Assembly: GCF_001194135.2 (NCBI RefSeq) | Contig: NC_068991.1 | Location: 67,412,967 to 67,476,966 of the forward strand | DNA: 64,000 bases | Direction of reading: 5' to 3' | DNA from: Octopus bimaculoides | Taxonomy: Eukaryota | Shown: positions 1-10,334 of the stretch, one piece after another | How the letters are laid out: each line of letters starts with the position of its first letter | Position numbering within the stretch: position 1 is the stretch's first letter | The notes under the pieces: model-generated | The model's input: the letters and a program-made list of their open reading frames with translations, nothing else | Database searches by the model: none | Told to the model about the DNA's origin: nothing | Program-made: the position numbers and the translations under genes

Positions 1-138
1 CATTTATTACAGGCCACATAATAATAACTCTTACATCGATATATTTAATTTAATGTAAAATGTCCCCAAAAACAACTCCAGTTCTGTTACAATAATGTCA
101 GCAATGACAAACAGTCTCGACATTATAACGTTGTCCTT

Positions 139-402
139 CGGAGCCTGGTGTAGCCATCCGGTTGCACCAGTCCTCAGTCAAAAGACACCATTTCGAGCGT
201 GGCCGTTTTCGTGCGGGTGACACGTAAAAGCACCCACTACACTCTCTGAGTGGTTGGCGTTAGGAAGGGCATCCAGCTGTAGAAACTCTGCCAAATTAGA
301 TTGGAGCCTGGTGTAGCCATCCGGTTGCACCAGTCCTCAGTCAAATCGTCCAACCCATGCTAGCATGGAAAGCGGACGTTAAACGATGATGATGATGATG
401 AT
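139..402 (+). mobile_element. RTE LINE 3' UTR fragment; further copies at about 23375-23822(-), 31262-31486(+), 33307-33580(-), 34036-34265(-), 38975-39287(+), 47470-47957(+), 50048-50308(+), 58251-58404(-), 60817-61031(-)
   Basis: Shared ...ggaagggcatccagctgtagaaac...cccatgctagcatggaaagcggacgttaaac(gat)n sequence, linked to the RTE ORF in the 35977 copy. Confidence 0.85.
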
Positions 403-443
403 CACTCTGGAGAGGGTTTAGTTAAGTCTTTGTTTGTAAGCAT

Positions 444-476
<33 letters not shown>

Positions 477-514
477 AAATAGGGAGTGGAGTGTTTGAGA
501 AACATTATATGTAA

Positions 515-551
<37 letters not shown>

Positions 552-1334
552 ATAAGTAAGGTAAATAATTAGTGAGTTGGGTGTGTTCAAGGTGTTATGA
601 TGTGTAGATGTAGTGGACGGGTGGTGAACGGTGTGTGAGCATACATAGGTAGAGAAGTAGATTGTGGAGAGTGTGTGAGTGTATTCATGCATGTTATTAG
701 CGTAGGAGAAGCTGGTGAAGTGAAGTATGTTTATGTAAGCGTGGGCAAAGTCATGTGTGAACGCGTGTTTATATGATGAGTAAGGCATGATGTTAATGCC
801 TGGCGTGTGTATGAGTGTATGGGTAGAGAAGCTGAGAGGTGTGAGATGCCTGGATGCAGATTGTGTGTGTATGTAAGGGTAGAAGAAAAGGTGGGTAATG
901 TATAGTTGTGTGTATGAGGAAGTGGAGCAAAGCTGTTAATTAAAGCTAGCAAAGACAGATCTGTTTAAGTAGGTAATTAACATTCATTCATAAAACATGA
1001 AAAGGCAGCAGGGTACGAGTGGAGGAAATGGAAGTCTCGGAGAATGGGGTGCTGGAGAGGCAAGGGATGAAGAGAAGGTAGATAGTGATGGGGGTGAAAG
1101 AATGGTCAATTTTTTTTATGGTTATACTCAAGTACAATGCTACCTCACAATTTTCCCCCAGACAGGTGTGATTGCGTGGTTAAGATGTTTGATTCCTTAC
1201 TACACAGTTTGGTCTTAGGTTCAGTTCCACTGTGTGGCACCTTGGGTAAGCATCTTCTGCTATGGAACTTGGGTTGACCAAGGCCTTGTGAGTGGATTTG
1301 AACGACAGAAACTGAAAGAAGCCAGTCATATATG

Positions 1335-1368
<34 letters not shown>

Positions 1369-1812
1369 CATGCATGTATGTGTGCGCGGGTGTCTATGAG
1401 TTTGCATCTTCTTGTGTGTGTGGGTGTGTGTATGTGCGTGTGAATGTGTGTTTGTGTTATTTGGTCTTGATATCGCATGACAGTCATACATGCATGTCAC
1501 TGTCATTCATTTCCAATATTCTGAGAGAACATGCCTAGCCAAGGGGAAATATCTTGCTTGGAAACAGGTGAGGGTTGATGATATTAAGAGCATCCAATCG
1601 TAGAAAATCTGCCTCAATAAACTCTGTCTGACCGATGCAACCATAGAAAAGTGGATGTTAAAATAATGATGCTGGCAATGATGTTTTGTATTGAATTTCT
1701 CACATTTTACTTAAGTATAAACAATAAGTCAATAAAAACTCATACGTGTTAAGGATTGGTAATTAGGTCATATGAGTGACATGTTCTATACACAGATATA
1801 GAGTATAATATA

Positions 1813-2024
1813 CAGGGTGTCCACAAAGTCTGGGTACATGGAGTAAATAAAATCATAACATAAACAATTGAATGTAAGAAATAATAATTTTTTAAAGTAT
1901 GTATTAATCCCCACGTGGGTACATGGAGTAAATAAAATCATAGCATAAACAATTGAATGTAAGAAATAATAATTTCTTAAAGTATGTGTTAATCCCTATG
2001 TACCCAGACTTTGTGGACACCCTG
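1813..2024. mobile_element. Tc1/mariner-type MITE
   Basis: 27-bp perfect TIR CAGGGTGTCCACAAAGTCTGGGTACAT, TA target duplication, internal tandem duplication; partly repeated after the 10-N gap to 2282. Confidence 0.85.
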
Positions 2025-2397
2025 TATAACTANNNNNNNNNNGAATGTAAGAAATAATAATTTTTTAAAGTATGTATTAATCCCCACGTGGGTACATGGA
2101 GTAAATAAAATCATAACATAAACAATTGAATGTAAGAAATAATAATTTTTTAAAGTATGTATTAATCCCCACGTGGGTACATGGAGTAAATAAAATCATA
2201 GCATAAACAATTGAATGTAAGAAATAATAATTTCTTAAAGTATGTGTTAATCCCTATGTACCCAGACTTTGTGGACACCCTGTATAACTACAGTTAGCTT
2301 TTATCTTGCAATTTAAAACAAACTAATAAATAACCAGATTAAATATTCTAGTAATTTAAAATTCTGGGCTTAAATTCTTAATAAAGTGGAGCACTAC

Positions 2398-2498
2398 CTC
2401 TAGATTTGAACAGCTGTTACACTCAAATTCCATTTTAATGCAAAGGGGTTTCACATTTCCTACCCTGACAACAGTTCCTTTGACTGTCACAAATTTAC
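2398..2498 (-). CDS. MCM8: MCM8 coding exon 7 (OB-fold start and first CxxC of the zinc finger); gene continues beyond the left edge
   Basis: tttcctacag acceptor, GAG|gtagtg donor, 101 nt phase 1 to 0; GKFVTVKGTVVRVGNVKPLCIKMEFECNSCSNLE versus recalled human GKYIALRGTVVRVSNIKPLCTKMAFLCAACGEIQ. No further exon found in 1-2397. Confidence 0.93.
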
Positions 2499-3002
2499 CT
2501 GTAGGAAATAAACAAAAGATATATTAGGTGTAATTTGTTATTGTCACATGTATTGACAGACAGGGTCATTCTAACATAAACAGAAACAGTTTAGTGTGAT
2601 ATTTGCCAAGGGTGATTTGTATAATTAAAAATGAAAACGAGCTAAGAGGAACTCAAAAAGGTCTACAATTAAAAATTTACCATGTATGACATTCAGTATC
2701 CCATCCCAACTTTGAAATTAAATTCATGCCCCTAATCCTTTTAAATTATTTTTTTATAAGCTCATTTTCATTTTTAATTATGCAAATTATCTTGGCCAAG
2801 AATGTAATAAACTCATTCTATAATTGTTAAATTGTCTATATCATTTCAGAAATGAGGACTGTGTTAGGCTAATGAGGCCAGACCAAGGCTGAAACACATT
2901 CATAGTTGTCTGTCATTTTTCAAACAAAAATCAGATTTTTGTTTTTCTTTAAATAAATTAATTCAATCGTGAAATACTTAATTTTTTTTTCAAAATTTAG
3001 AA

Positions 3003-3175
3003 ACAGTGCTGCAATTAGTACCAAAGTATTGTACATTCTGTCCTTCACTCCCAGAGAGAAAATTTTTGTTACCAGCTGAGTTAATAGCTGTCTGAACCTT
3101 TCCCAGCCTGTTCTCATCCTGGCTACTACTCCCACAACTAGCTAATTAGTTAGACGAACTAGGAAACAACAGCTT
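3003..3175 (-). mobile_element. Decayed RTE reverse-transcriptase-region fragment
   Basis: VVARMRTGWERFRQLL...FSLGVKDRMY resembles the RTE ARIRxGWxKFRELL...SLRxKGRLY segment. Confidence 0.6.
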
Positions 3176-3295
3176 TACAGGTATGTATATTATCCTCATC
3201 ATCATCATCATTTACTGTTCATGTTCCATAGAGGCATAGGTTGCGAGTTAACACAGGATCTCTTGATGATAATGTAACCTTCCTTTAACTAAGGT

Positions 3296-3389
3296 ATCTT
3301 CGGCCTGATGAGTAGCTAGCAGAATACCCTTCGTTGGGTAATTACTACTTCTGAGGTTCTGCTAGCTAGGAAACATATGTAGTCTGGAT
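3296..3389 (+). ncRNA. Type I hammerhead ribozyme motif
   Basis: CUGAUGA 3305-3311; 12-bp helix II (3313-3324/3357-3368); GAAA 3370-3373; palindromic helix III ACAUAUGU; GUA triplet with cut after 3381; short helix I; G10.1 faces G instead of C. Confidence 0.7.
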
Positions 3390-3766
3390 TTTATCTACTC
3401 CATTCCCTAAATTTGGATATATATATATATATATACAGTTGAAACATTTCTGTCACATGGGACCTTGAAGACTGCTAGAAAGTAGGAAAGTATACTCATC
3501 CTTTAATATTTAATATTCAATATTTCATTTATTCAACAAGACATTCAATACTTCATTTCATTTTACTATATATACTATATATTCCATATTCTATATCCTA
3601 CATTAATTTTATAAGAATATAAATAAAACATACAAAACAGACAGAGTTGGAATNNNNNNNNNNNNNNNNNNNNNNNNNNNNNNNNNNNNNNNNNNNNNNN
3701 NNNNNNNNNNNNNNNNNNNNNNNNNNNNNNNNNNNNNNNNNNNNNNNNNNNNNNNNNNNNNNNNNN

Positions 3767-3814
<48 letters not shown>

Positions 3815-4158
3815 CACACACACACACATATATATATATATAAACATAGGTACCAAATTTATCCACATCTCCATACATTGAAACTAATGATGAACAGTCT
3901 CAATTGATTTCCAGCGCTTCATGGGAGTTTCATCAGAGGTCTTTATATCACTTGACCAATCCCAGAGAAATAAGTAGCCAGCCCTTTAATATACACATCA
4001 AATCTAGTAGCGCCAGAAAACTGGAGCCACTAATTTGCATGCTATAAGTGTGTGTGTATGTGTGAGTGTGCATGTGTGTAAGTTAATAAGGAAAACAGAT
4101 TATATCCAATGATATAGAAAATAATGTGAAAATACATATAAATTTATAAAAGACATAC

Positions 4159-4288
4159 CATAGTAGTTAGCCTTGATATTTTTCAATTGTACAATGTTAT
4201 CACATTCTTTAATTCTAGCATAAATCATTGGCAGATAGCTATCAGTTTCAGAAGAATCGTGCTCCTCCTTCCGTTTGGTTAGAATCAA
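4159..4288 (-). CDS. MCM8: MCM8 coding exon 6
   Basis: attctag acceptor, G|gtatgt donor, 130 nt phase 0 to 1; LILTK...IYARIKECDNIVQLKNIKANYYG versus recalled human VLTK...IHARVYNYEPLTQLKNVRANYYG. Confidence 0.93.
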
Positions 4289-4449
4289 CTAGAATTACAT
4301 AGATGGATAAATAAATAGCTATGGAAAAACGAAGATGGTATTTTACTGAAGATTTCATAATAAAATACTTTCACTAAAATGCCATTGACTGGCATTATAA
4401 AACCAATTATCTGTGAGATGGAAACAAGAAGTAATTTCTGGTTTTGGTA

Positions 4450-4695
4450 AGATTTGATAAAAAACATTCAGACAAATACATAACAAAAACACCAGGACTT
4501 ACAAGTATATATAACATACAGAAAGTAGCACTACTAGGCACCACACACACATCCAACATAAAACACTTTCAATACAGTCACCATAAGAGCATCACAGCAA
4601 ACCACAGCACACACCCAAGGCACACAGAGCTGTGCTTGGTAGTGCAGTGAAAGCATGCGATAAAAATAAGATTACTGAATAATAATAATAATAAT
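4450..4695 (+). mobile_element. R4/Dong-like 3' fragment, second family; related piece at about 14601-14716
   Basis: KYITKTPGLTSIYNIQKVALLGTTH followed by 3' UTR and (TAA)n. Confidence 0.7.
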
Positions 4696-5128
4696 CATTG
4701 TCATCGTCATCATCATCATCATCATCATCATCATTTAACATCCATTTTCCATGTGTTGGACAGAAGGATAGAAACTTGTAAAGCTGGGAGCTGCATCAGG
4801 TTCCACTGTCTGTTTTGGTATGATTTCTATAGCTGGTTGCCCTTCCTAATGCAACCATTTTACAGAATGTACCGGATGCTTTTTACGTGGCACTGGTACC
4901 TAGTACACTTTGTAAAGTCATTGGCATTAGGAAGGGCATAAAGTATCAGACAATTCTTCTTTGTTTCTTCCCTTTTCTATATCTGTAATTCAAAGGTCTA
5001 ACCTTATCATATAATGTCATACTGATTCAATCTGAGAATTATGTCAAAGGGCACACATGTGTGGGGTACTCAACAAGTTACTTGCTTATTTATGATAAGG
5101 AATTCAATTAATCAAATAACTGAGTGTT

Positions 5129-5811
5129 CATCATCATCATCATCATCGTTTAACGTCCGCTTTCCATGCTAGCATGGGTTGGACAATTTGACTGAGGACT
5201 GGTGAAACCGGATGGCAACACCAGGCTCCAATCTGATTTGGCAGAGTTTCTACAGCTGGATGCCCTTCCTAACGCCAACCACTCAGAGAGTGTAGTGGGT
5301 GCTTTTACGTGTCACCCGCACGAAGGCCAGTCAGGCGGTACTGGCAACGGCCACACTCAAAATGGTGTATTTTATGTGCCACCCGCACAAGAGCCAGTCC
5401 AGGGGCACTGGCAACGATCTCGCTCGAAAATCCTTACACATGTCATGGGCACAAGTGCCAGAAAGGCAACTCTGGGCACAGGTGCCATCCCGATTTTCGC
5501 TTTTGCTTGCCCCAATAAGTCTTCGCAAGCTGAGTTTCGTGTCCAATGAAGGAGACGACGTTGGTATGGGTGCCAGTCGTCGAGTTTAGTTCGATTTTGA
5601 TTTCACTTGCCTCAAAAAGTCTTCGCAAGCGGAGTTTAGTGTCCAATGAAGGAAAGGTACGCATAAGTGGGCTGGCTACACCCCTGGCAGAGNNNNNNNN
5701 NNATGAAGGAAAGGTACGCATAAGTGGGCTGGCTACACCCCTGGCAGAGGCCTTGGATTTAGGTCTCACTTGGATTGCCGGGTCTTCTCACGCACAGCAT
5801 ATTTCCAAAGT
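5129..5811 (-). mobile_element. RTE LINE 3' fragment
   Basis: LWKYAVREKTRQSK* at the 5' edge, full 3' UTR, (CAT)n on the plus strand. Confidence 0.85.
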
Positions 5812-6303
5812 CATTTTTTTTTTTACAGTATGTGCATATGTATGCGTATGTGAGAATGTGCGTGTGTGTGAACGTGTCTGTGTGTGTATGTGTATGTGTG
5901 TGCATGTATCAAGCAGTGAGAACTCACTTTGTCTTGTGAGCTGGTGTCATGAATCCAACAAACTGCATAAAGCAGCTGCAGGACAAATGAAGAAAATGCA
6001 GGGTCAAGAGGACCTTTTGGTCTTGTCTTGTTGTGGATATAACAACCCCTCTAGTGCTAGTGTCATACGATGCACCAAGTTCACTCTGTAGAGTGACTGG
6101 TGTTAGGGTGGGCATTGACCCATAAGAGCCAAGCCAAAACAGTGTGTGTGTGTGTATGTGTGTGTGTAAATATGACATCTCTATAGTGTTTTGGTTTAAT
6201 AACGTTGCTTTTGATTAGTTTTAGAAAGAACATGAAAACTATGCCTGACAGTGTTTACAGAAATAATTATGACATGAAAGGTGAGATAAGGATTAAGCCA
6301 TAC

Positions 6304-6392
6304 CTGATGCATTGCTAAACCCAAACATTTGATAATCTTTTCAGGAGAATCTCGTAGTTCTTTTGGAAAATCAGGAAATCTTGTTGTGATTA
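6304..6392 (-). CDS. MCM8: MCM8 coding exon 5
   Basis: ctttgcag acceptor, CAG|gtatgg donor, 89 nt phase 1 to 0; FPDFPKELRDSPEKIIKCLGLAMHQ versus recalled human IPDIATELRDAPEKTLACMGLAIHQ. Confidence 0.93.
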
Positions 6393-6452
6393 CTGCAAAG
6401 AAATGACAAAAAGAGAGTTTGAACATTTAAAACTATTTTTATCTTTTCTTTC

Positions 6453-6776
6453 AAGAAGAAGAAGAAGAAGAAGAAGAAGAAGAAGAAGAAGAAGAAGAAG
6501 AAGAAGAAGAAGAAGAAGAAGAAGAAGAAGAAGAAGAAGAAGAANNNNNNNNNNNNNNNNNNNNNNNNNNNNNNNNNNNNNNNNNNNNNNNNNNNNNNNN
6601 NNNNNNNNNNNNNNNNNNNNNNNNNNNNNNNNNNNNNNNNNNNNNNNNNNNNNNNGAAGAAGAAGAAGAAGAAGAAGAAGAAGAAGAAGAAGAAGAAGAA
6701 GAAGAAGAAGAAGAAGAAGAAGAAGAAGAAGAAGAAGAAGAAGAAGAAGAAGAAGAAGAAGAAGAAGAAGAAGAAG
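6453..6776. repeat. Long (GAA)n trinucleotide tract spanning a gap
   Basis: Pure GAA on both sides of the N gap (6545-6654); true length unknown. Confidence 0.95.
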
Positions 6777-7166
6777 ACAGTCTTAATTAAGAAAGAAAAC
6801 AAACTATGCTGGATCATAAATATAGAATGCCCAGCTGACAACAAGGTATGCGGTAAAGAAGAAAGAAAAGTTGAGAGATATGACAGATTAGCTTGGGAAG
6901 TTAAGCAGTTGTGGTCGATGAAAAAGGTAACAGTAGTACCAATAATTGTCGGAGCCCTGGGGACAGTGAGCAAAAATCTCGAGAAGTACGTGGGACAAAT
7001 AGGGGCAGCGATAATGGTGGAGCACTTGCAGAAAACAGCACTGCTTGGAACCGCTCGAATACTCCGGAAGGTGCTCAAAAAATAAGAGGTGTTACCTTAG
7101 TTCAGTGGTAGTGAACAGCTGACACGGTAGTACGTCTCCAGCGTTAGAAGTTGTGCAAAGGCAATG

Positions 7167-7219
<53 letters not shown>
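6777..7219 (+). mobile_element. R4/Dong-like non-LTR retrotransposon 3' fragment (restriction-like endonuclease end) with (TAA)n tail
   Basis: Uninterrupted frame 6777-7085: CWIINIECPADNKVCGKEERKVERYDRLAWEVKQLW...VVPIIVGALGTV...LQKTALLGTARILRKVL. Confidence 0.85.
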
Positions 7220-7221
<2 letters not shown>

Positions 7222-7231
7222 TGATGATGAT

Positions 7232-7724
7232 TGGAAGTGTACATTGTTTTGTTTGGGTATAAAAGATGGGCGACAGCAAATATTCTGCTCAATACCACAG
7301 ATTTGCTTGTCAGTTGTTTGACCTTGACCAGTTGAGCATGTCCCTTGGTGGCTGATGATATGTGCATCTCTGATCATGAGCAGGAGTAGTGGGGGAGCAT
7401 CATAGCCATGTGTTGAGAGGAATTCTTTGGATTTTGGATAATTCACCTTTGAAAACATGGATGTTTTGTTCATCATCCTTAAACAACCCTTATTCAGGGA
7501 TCTTTTGGGAATGGGCTACTCGACCTGAAGAAAATTCTAACTGGGCCCCACCTGCAAGGTCATGCGCTGTTTATCTTGATATGAGGTCACTATGTCATGC
7601 ACATATGGTTGTGACGTACGTGCTTGGTGTACCCTTATCAGATGGGTCGTCATGATGGGTATAATGGGCTTCATATATTTTACCCCAGTGTCACTTTGAT
7701 GGCATGCACTGCTCTCTCTCACTC

Positions 7725-7759
<35 letters not shown>

Positions 7760-7770
7760 TAATAGCAGCG
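7232..7770 (+). mobile_element. Interspersed (TAA)n-tailed retro-repeat; inverted partial copy at about 10496-10658
   Basis: About 160 bp core shared in opposite orientation with 10496-10658; ends in (TAA)n. Confidence 0.65.
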
Positions 7771-7837
7771 GCAGCAACAACAACAACAATAATATTTAAA
7801 AAATTGCTTCATGCATAACATCCTATTTCTTACTTAC

Positions 7838-7898
7838 TGTTATCTGAAGCCATTTCGGCAAAGCTGACATAGAAATGTCTCTGGGTTTCAATATCATA
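7838..7898 (-). CDS. MCM8: MCM8 coding exon 4
   Basis: tttctgcag acceptor, A|gtaagt donor, 61 nt phase 0 to 1; YDIETQRHFYVSFAEMASDN versus recalled human DEIERKGSILVDFKELTEG. Confidence 0.87.
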
Positions 7899-8485
7899 CT
7901 GCAGAAATAAGACAAAGGAAACAAAATTGAAATTTCTTGCAGAAGAAAGTAATTAATTTTAAATTTAATAAAACTTGTTTAGAGAGACAAAAGTTTTATC
8001 AGATAAATACATTATGATTTAATATTTGCCTTCCACAGATGAAGTGGCAAACCAGAAAAACTACATCAAGGCTTACAGTTTGCTTTGGGATGGTTTCTAC
8101 AGCTGGATTCCCTTCCTAATACTAACCACTTTACAGAGTGTACTGAATGTACTTTTTATGTGGCACCAGCAGCAATTACGGTACTGGCTATGAGGTTTGC
8201 TTGGCAATCACAAGGTCCTGAGTTCAACTCCACTGCATGACATTGAGATTAGTGTCTTTTACTATAGGCTCTGGTGGACCCAAATATTTTGAGTGAAATT
8301 GGGTAGAAAGAAACTGTTTGGAAATCTGTCAAATGGAATGTATCTGTAATTTAAAGGACTCAGCTGTTATTTTAAGGGTACACATGTCTGTGGAATACTC
8401 AGCCAATGAGTGTGTGTGTATGTGTGTGCATGTGCATTAAGTGTGTGTACACTATAATTTATAAATAATAAAGTATAAAGCTCAC

Positions 8486-8568
8486 CAAGTTATAAAGTTG
8501 TTCATATTTTGAAAAATATTCCTCAAAAACTTTTAATTTTTCCACAGTAGGTGATTCTGCTGTGTAAG
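8486..8568 (-). CDS. MCM8: MCM8 coding exon 3
   Basis: tatttcag acceptor, TTG|gtgag donor, 83 nt phase 1 to 0; AYTAESPTVEKLKVFEEYFSKYEQLYNL versus recalled human VYSDSSPLIEKIQAFEKFFTRHIDLYDK. Confidence 0.9.
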
Positions 8569-9108
8569 CTGAAATAGAATTAAAATTATTGAGAAAAATT
8601 TTGCCTGTCTTTTTTTACCATATTTATATCATTGTTAGAATTATTATTGTGGAGGCGCAATGGCCCAGTAGTTAGGGCAGCGGACTTGTGGTGATAGGAT
8701 TGCGGTTTCAATTCCCAGACTGGACGTTGTGAGTGTTTATTGAGCGAAAACACCTCAAGCTCCACGAGGCTCTGGCAGGAGATGGTAGCAAACCCTGCTG
8801 TACTCTTTCACCACAACTTTCTCTCACTCTTACTTCCTGTTTCTGTTGTGCTTGTAATTCAAAGGGTCAGCCTTGTCACACTGTGTCACGCTGAAAAACC
8901 TCAATTAACTAAGATTACCCATACAATTAATAGATAAAAACTCCCTCTATGTATGTTTGAAATCTATAAAAAAGAACAGGCATGAAAGACAACTCGAATG
9001 AAATCAATTAATTGAAATTTTGAGTGGATCTGGTTTTTAAACCAGCAAATGAAAGCAACAAACAAGTTTCGGTTTTTTAATTGATAGATAAATTAATCTA
9101 AAATATAC

Positions 9109-9219
9109 CTTCTTCTGGAAAATACAAAATCCATCCTTTATAGGGTGATGCAAATGCTAATTTGTTCTGAACTAGTATTGGTTGTGAGCGATGACTTTGT
9201 GAAGAGTTGTTAGAAAAAT
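9109..9219 (-). CDS. MCM8: MCM8 coding exon 2
   Basis: ttccag acceptor, G|gtatat donor, 111 nt phase 1 to 1; encodes ...ASPYKGWILYFPEE, matching recalled human MCM8 IPYKGWKLYFSEV. Confidence 0.92.
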
Positions 9220-9374
9220 CTGGAATACAATAAAAATACACAAATAAAAAAAAGGTGGAATAATAGGTTTTGCTTAGTGGTTTAACATAGTGGTTGAACA
9301 TAGTGGTTGGGATAGGGGTTTGAACACACAACTGTGGGCTCCATATTCTTGTATGTTAACCATATAAAGTCACT

Positions 9375-9672
9375 CACAGATGTGCTCCAGCCTCTGGCCC
9401 ACTAACATACTGTTTCCACTCTCTACCTTTTCTACTGATACTATAATGGCCTCTGCTCTTCTGAGCTGGCTGGATTCATACTATCTCCACTTATGCATTC
9501 CTGTCCCACTTGCTTCTCCTCCTCTTATCAACTTCATGTCCCCAACCCATTAGGCTCTACACTAACCATTATACCCAGTGCTTCGTTCTCAGAATGTTGG
9601 CCCCTCTGAAATTCCCTCCCTGCTCATGACTTTCCCACAATTGTTCACTTACAAACATTCAAGAGGAACATT
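9375..9672 (+). mobile_element. Old Jockey/CR1-group LINE ORF C-terminal fragment; related reverse piece at about 42965-43115
   Basis: QPLAH*...LFY*YYNGLCSSELAG...L*NSLPAHDFP...LQTFKRNI; stop codons fit CGA>TGA and TGG>TGA decay. Confidence 0.65.
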
Positions 9673-10171
9673 AGAGGTCTATATATCACTGGTATAGGAG
9701 GGCATAGTCAAAGGCAATGGGCACTGCCTCTTCCTCCAGACCTTACTGGGGATCTCTAATTAAATATATATATGAGGCTATTTTCACCTCTAATTATATA
9801 TATATATATATATATATTTAGTTGGCATGGGTTGGACAGTTTGACAGGGGCTGGCAAGCCAGTTTGGCACAGTCCTCTGCTCACCATTCCTTGACAAACT
9901 TTTCAACTCATGATAGCATGGAAAGTTGAAGTGAAATGATGATTGATGAAAGGCATCCATACCATTTCTACCTCCAAAATTCCACTCATAAAACACTGAG
10001 CAATGCAAGGATGTAGCAGATGACACTTGTCCAAGGTGCCACATATTATCAAAAGGTTTAAAAGCATCATCAGTTTTAAGAATACACACACACACACAAA
10101 AATCCTTCTATAGAAATGTGTTAATATGAAAGATACAAAGTAATTGGTAGAATATGTAGGAAGAAACATAC

Positions 10172-10334
10172 TTCTATTTCCATAGTTTCCTTTGTTACCA
10201 TAGTGATTAAAATAAGTGCCGCCGCCTCTACCACCTCTCCATCTGCCACTCCAAGAGCCTCGTCCCCTCCAGGAACCTCGGTTTCCTCCTCTGCGCAGAT
10301 TAGTTGGAGAGGTGTAACTGTTTGCATCAGCCAT
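10172..10334 (-). CDS. MCM8: MCM8 first coding exon (RG/RGG-rich N-terminus); exon including 17-nt leader spans 10172..10351
   Basis: Acceptor ttctttcag ends at 10352; ATG at 10334; MADANSYTSPTNLRRGGNRGSWRGRGSWSGRWRGGRGGG...; donor GAA|gtatgt at 10171; 163 nt (phase 1), in phase with the next exon. Human MCM8 also starts with an RG-rich segment (recalled). Confidence 0.85.

Noticed and set aside
5184-5210. Hammerhead-like CTGAGGA...GAAA in antisense RTE 3' ends
   Set aside because: No helix II, no A15.1-U16.1 pair with a valid H17, no helix I.
6371-7078. 235-aa minus-strand ORF
   Set aside because: Antisense shadow of the R4/Dong-like frame plus the (TTC)n tract.
8649-8720. tRNA genes at SINE heads
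   Set aside because: A and B boxes are present but there is no full cloverleaf, and each continues into a SINE body and tail.
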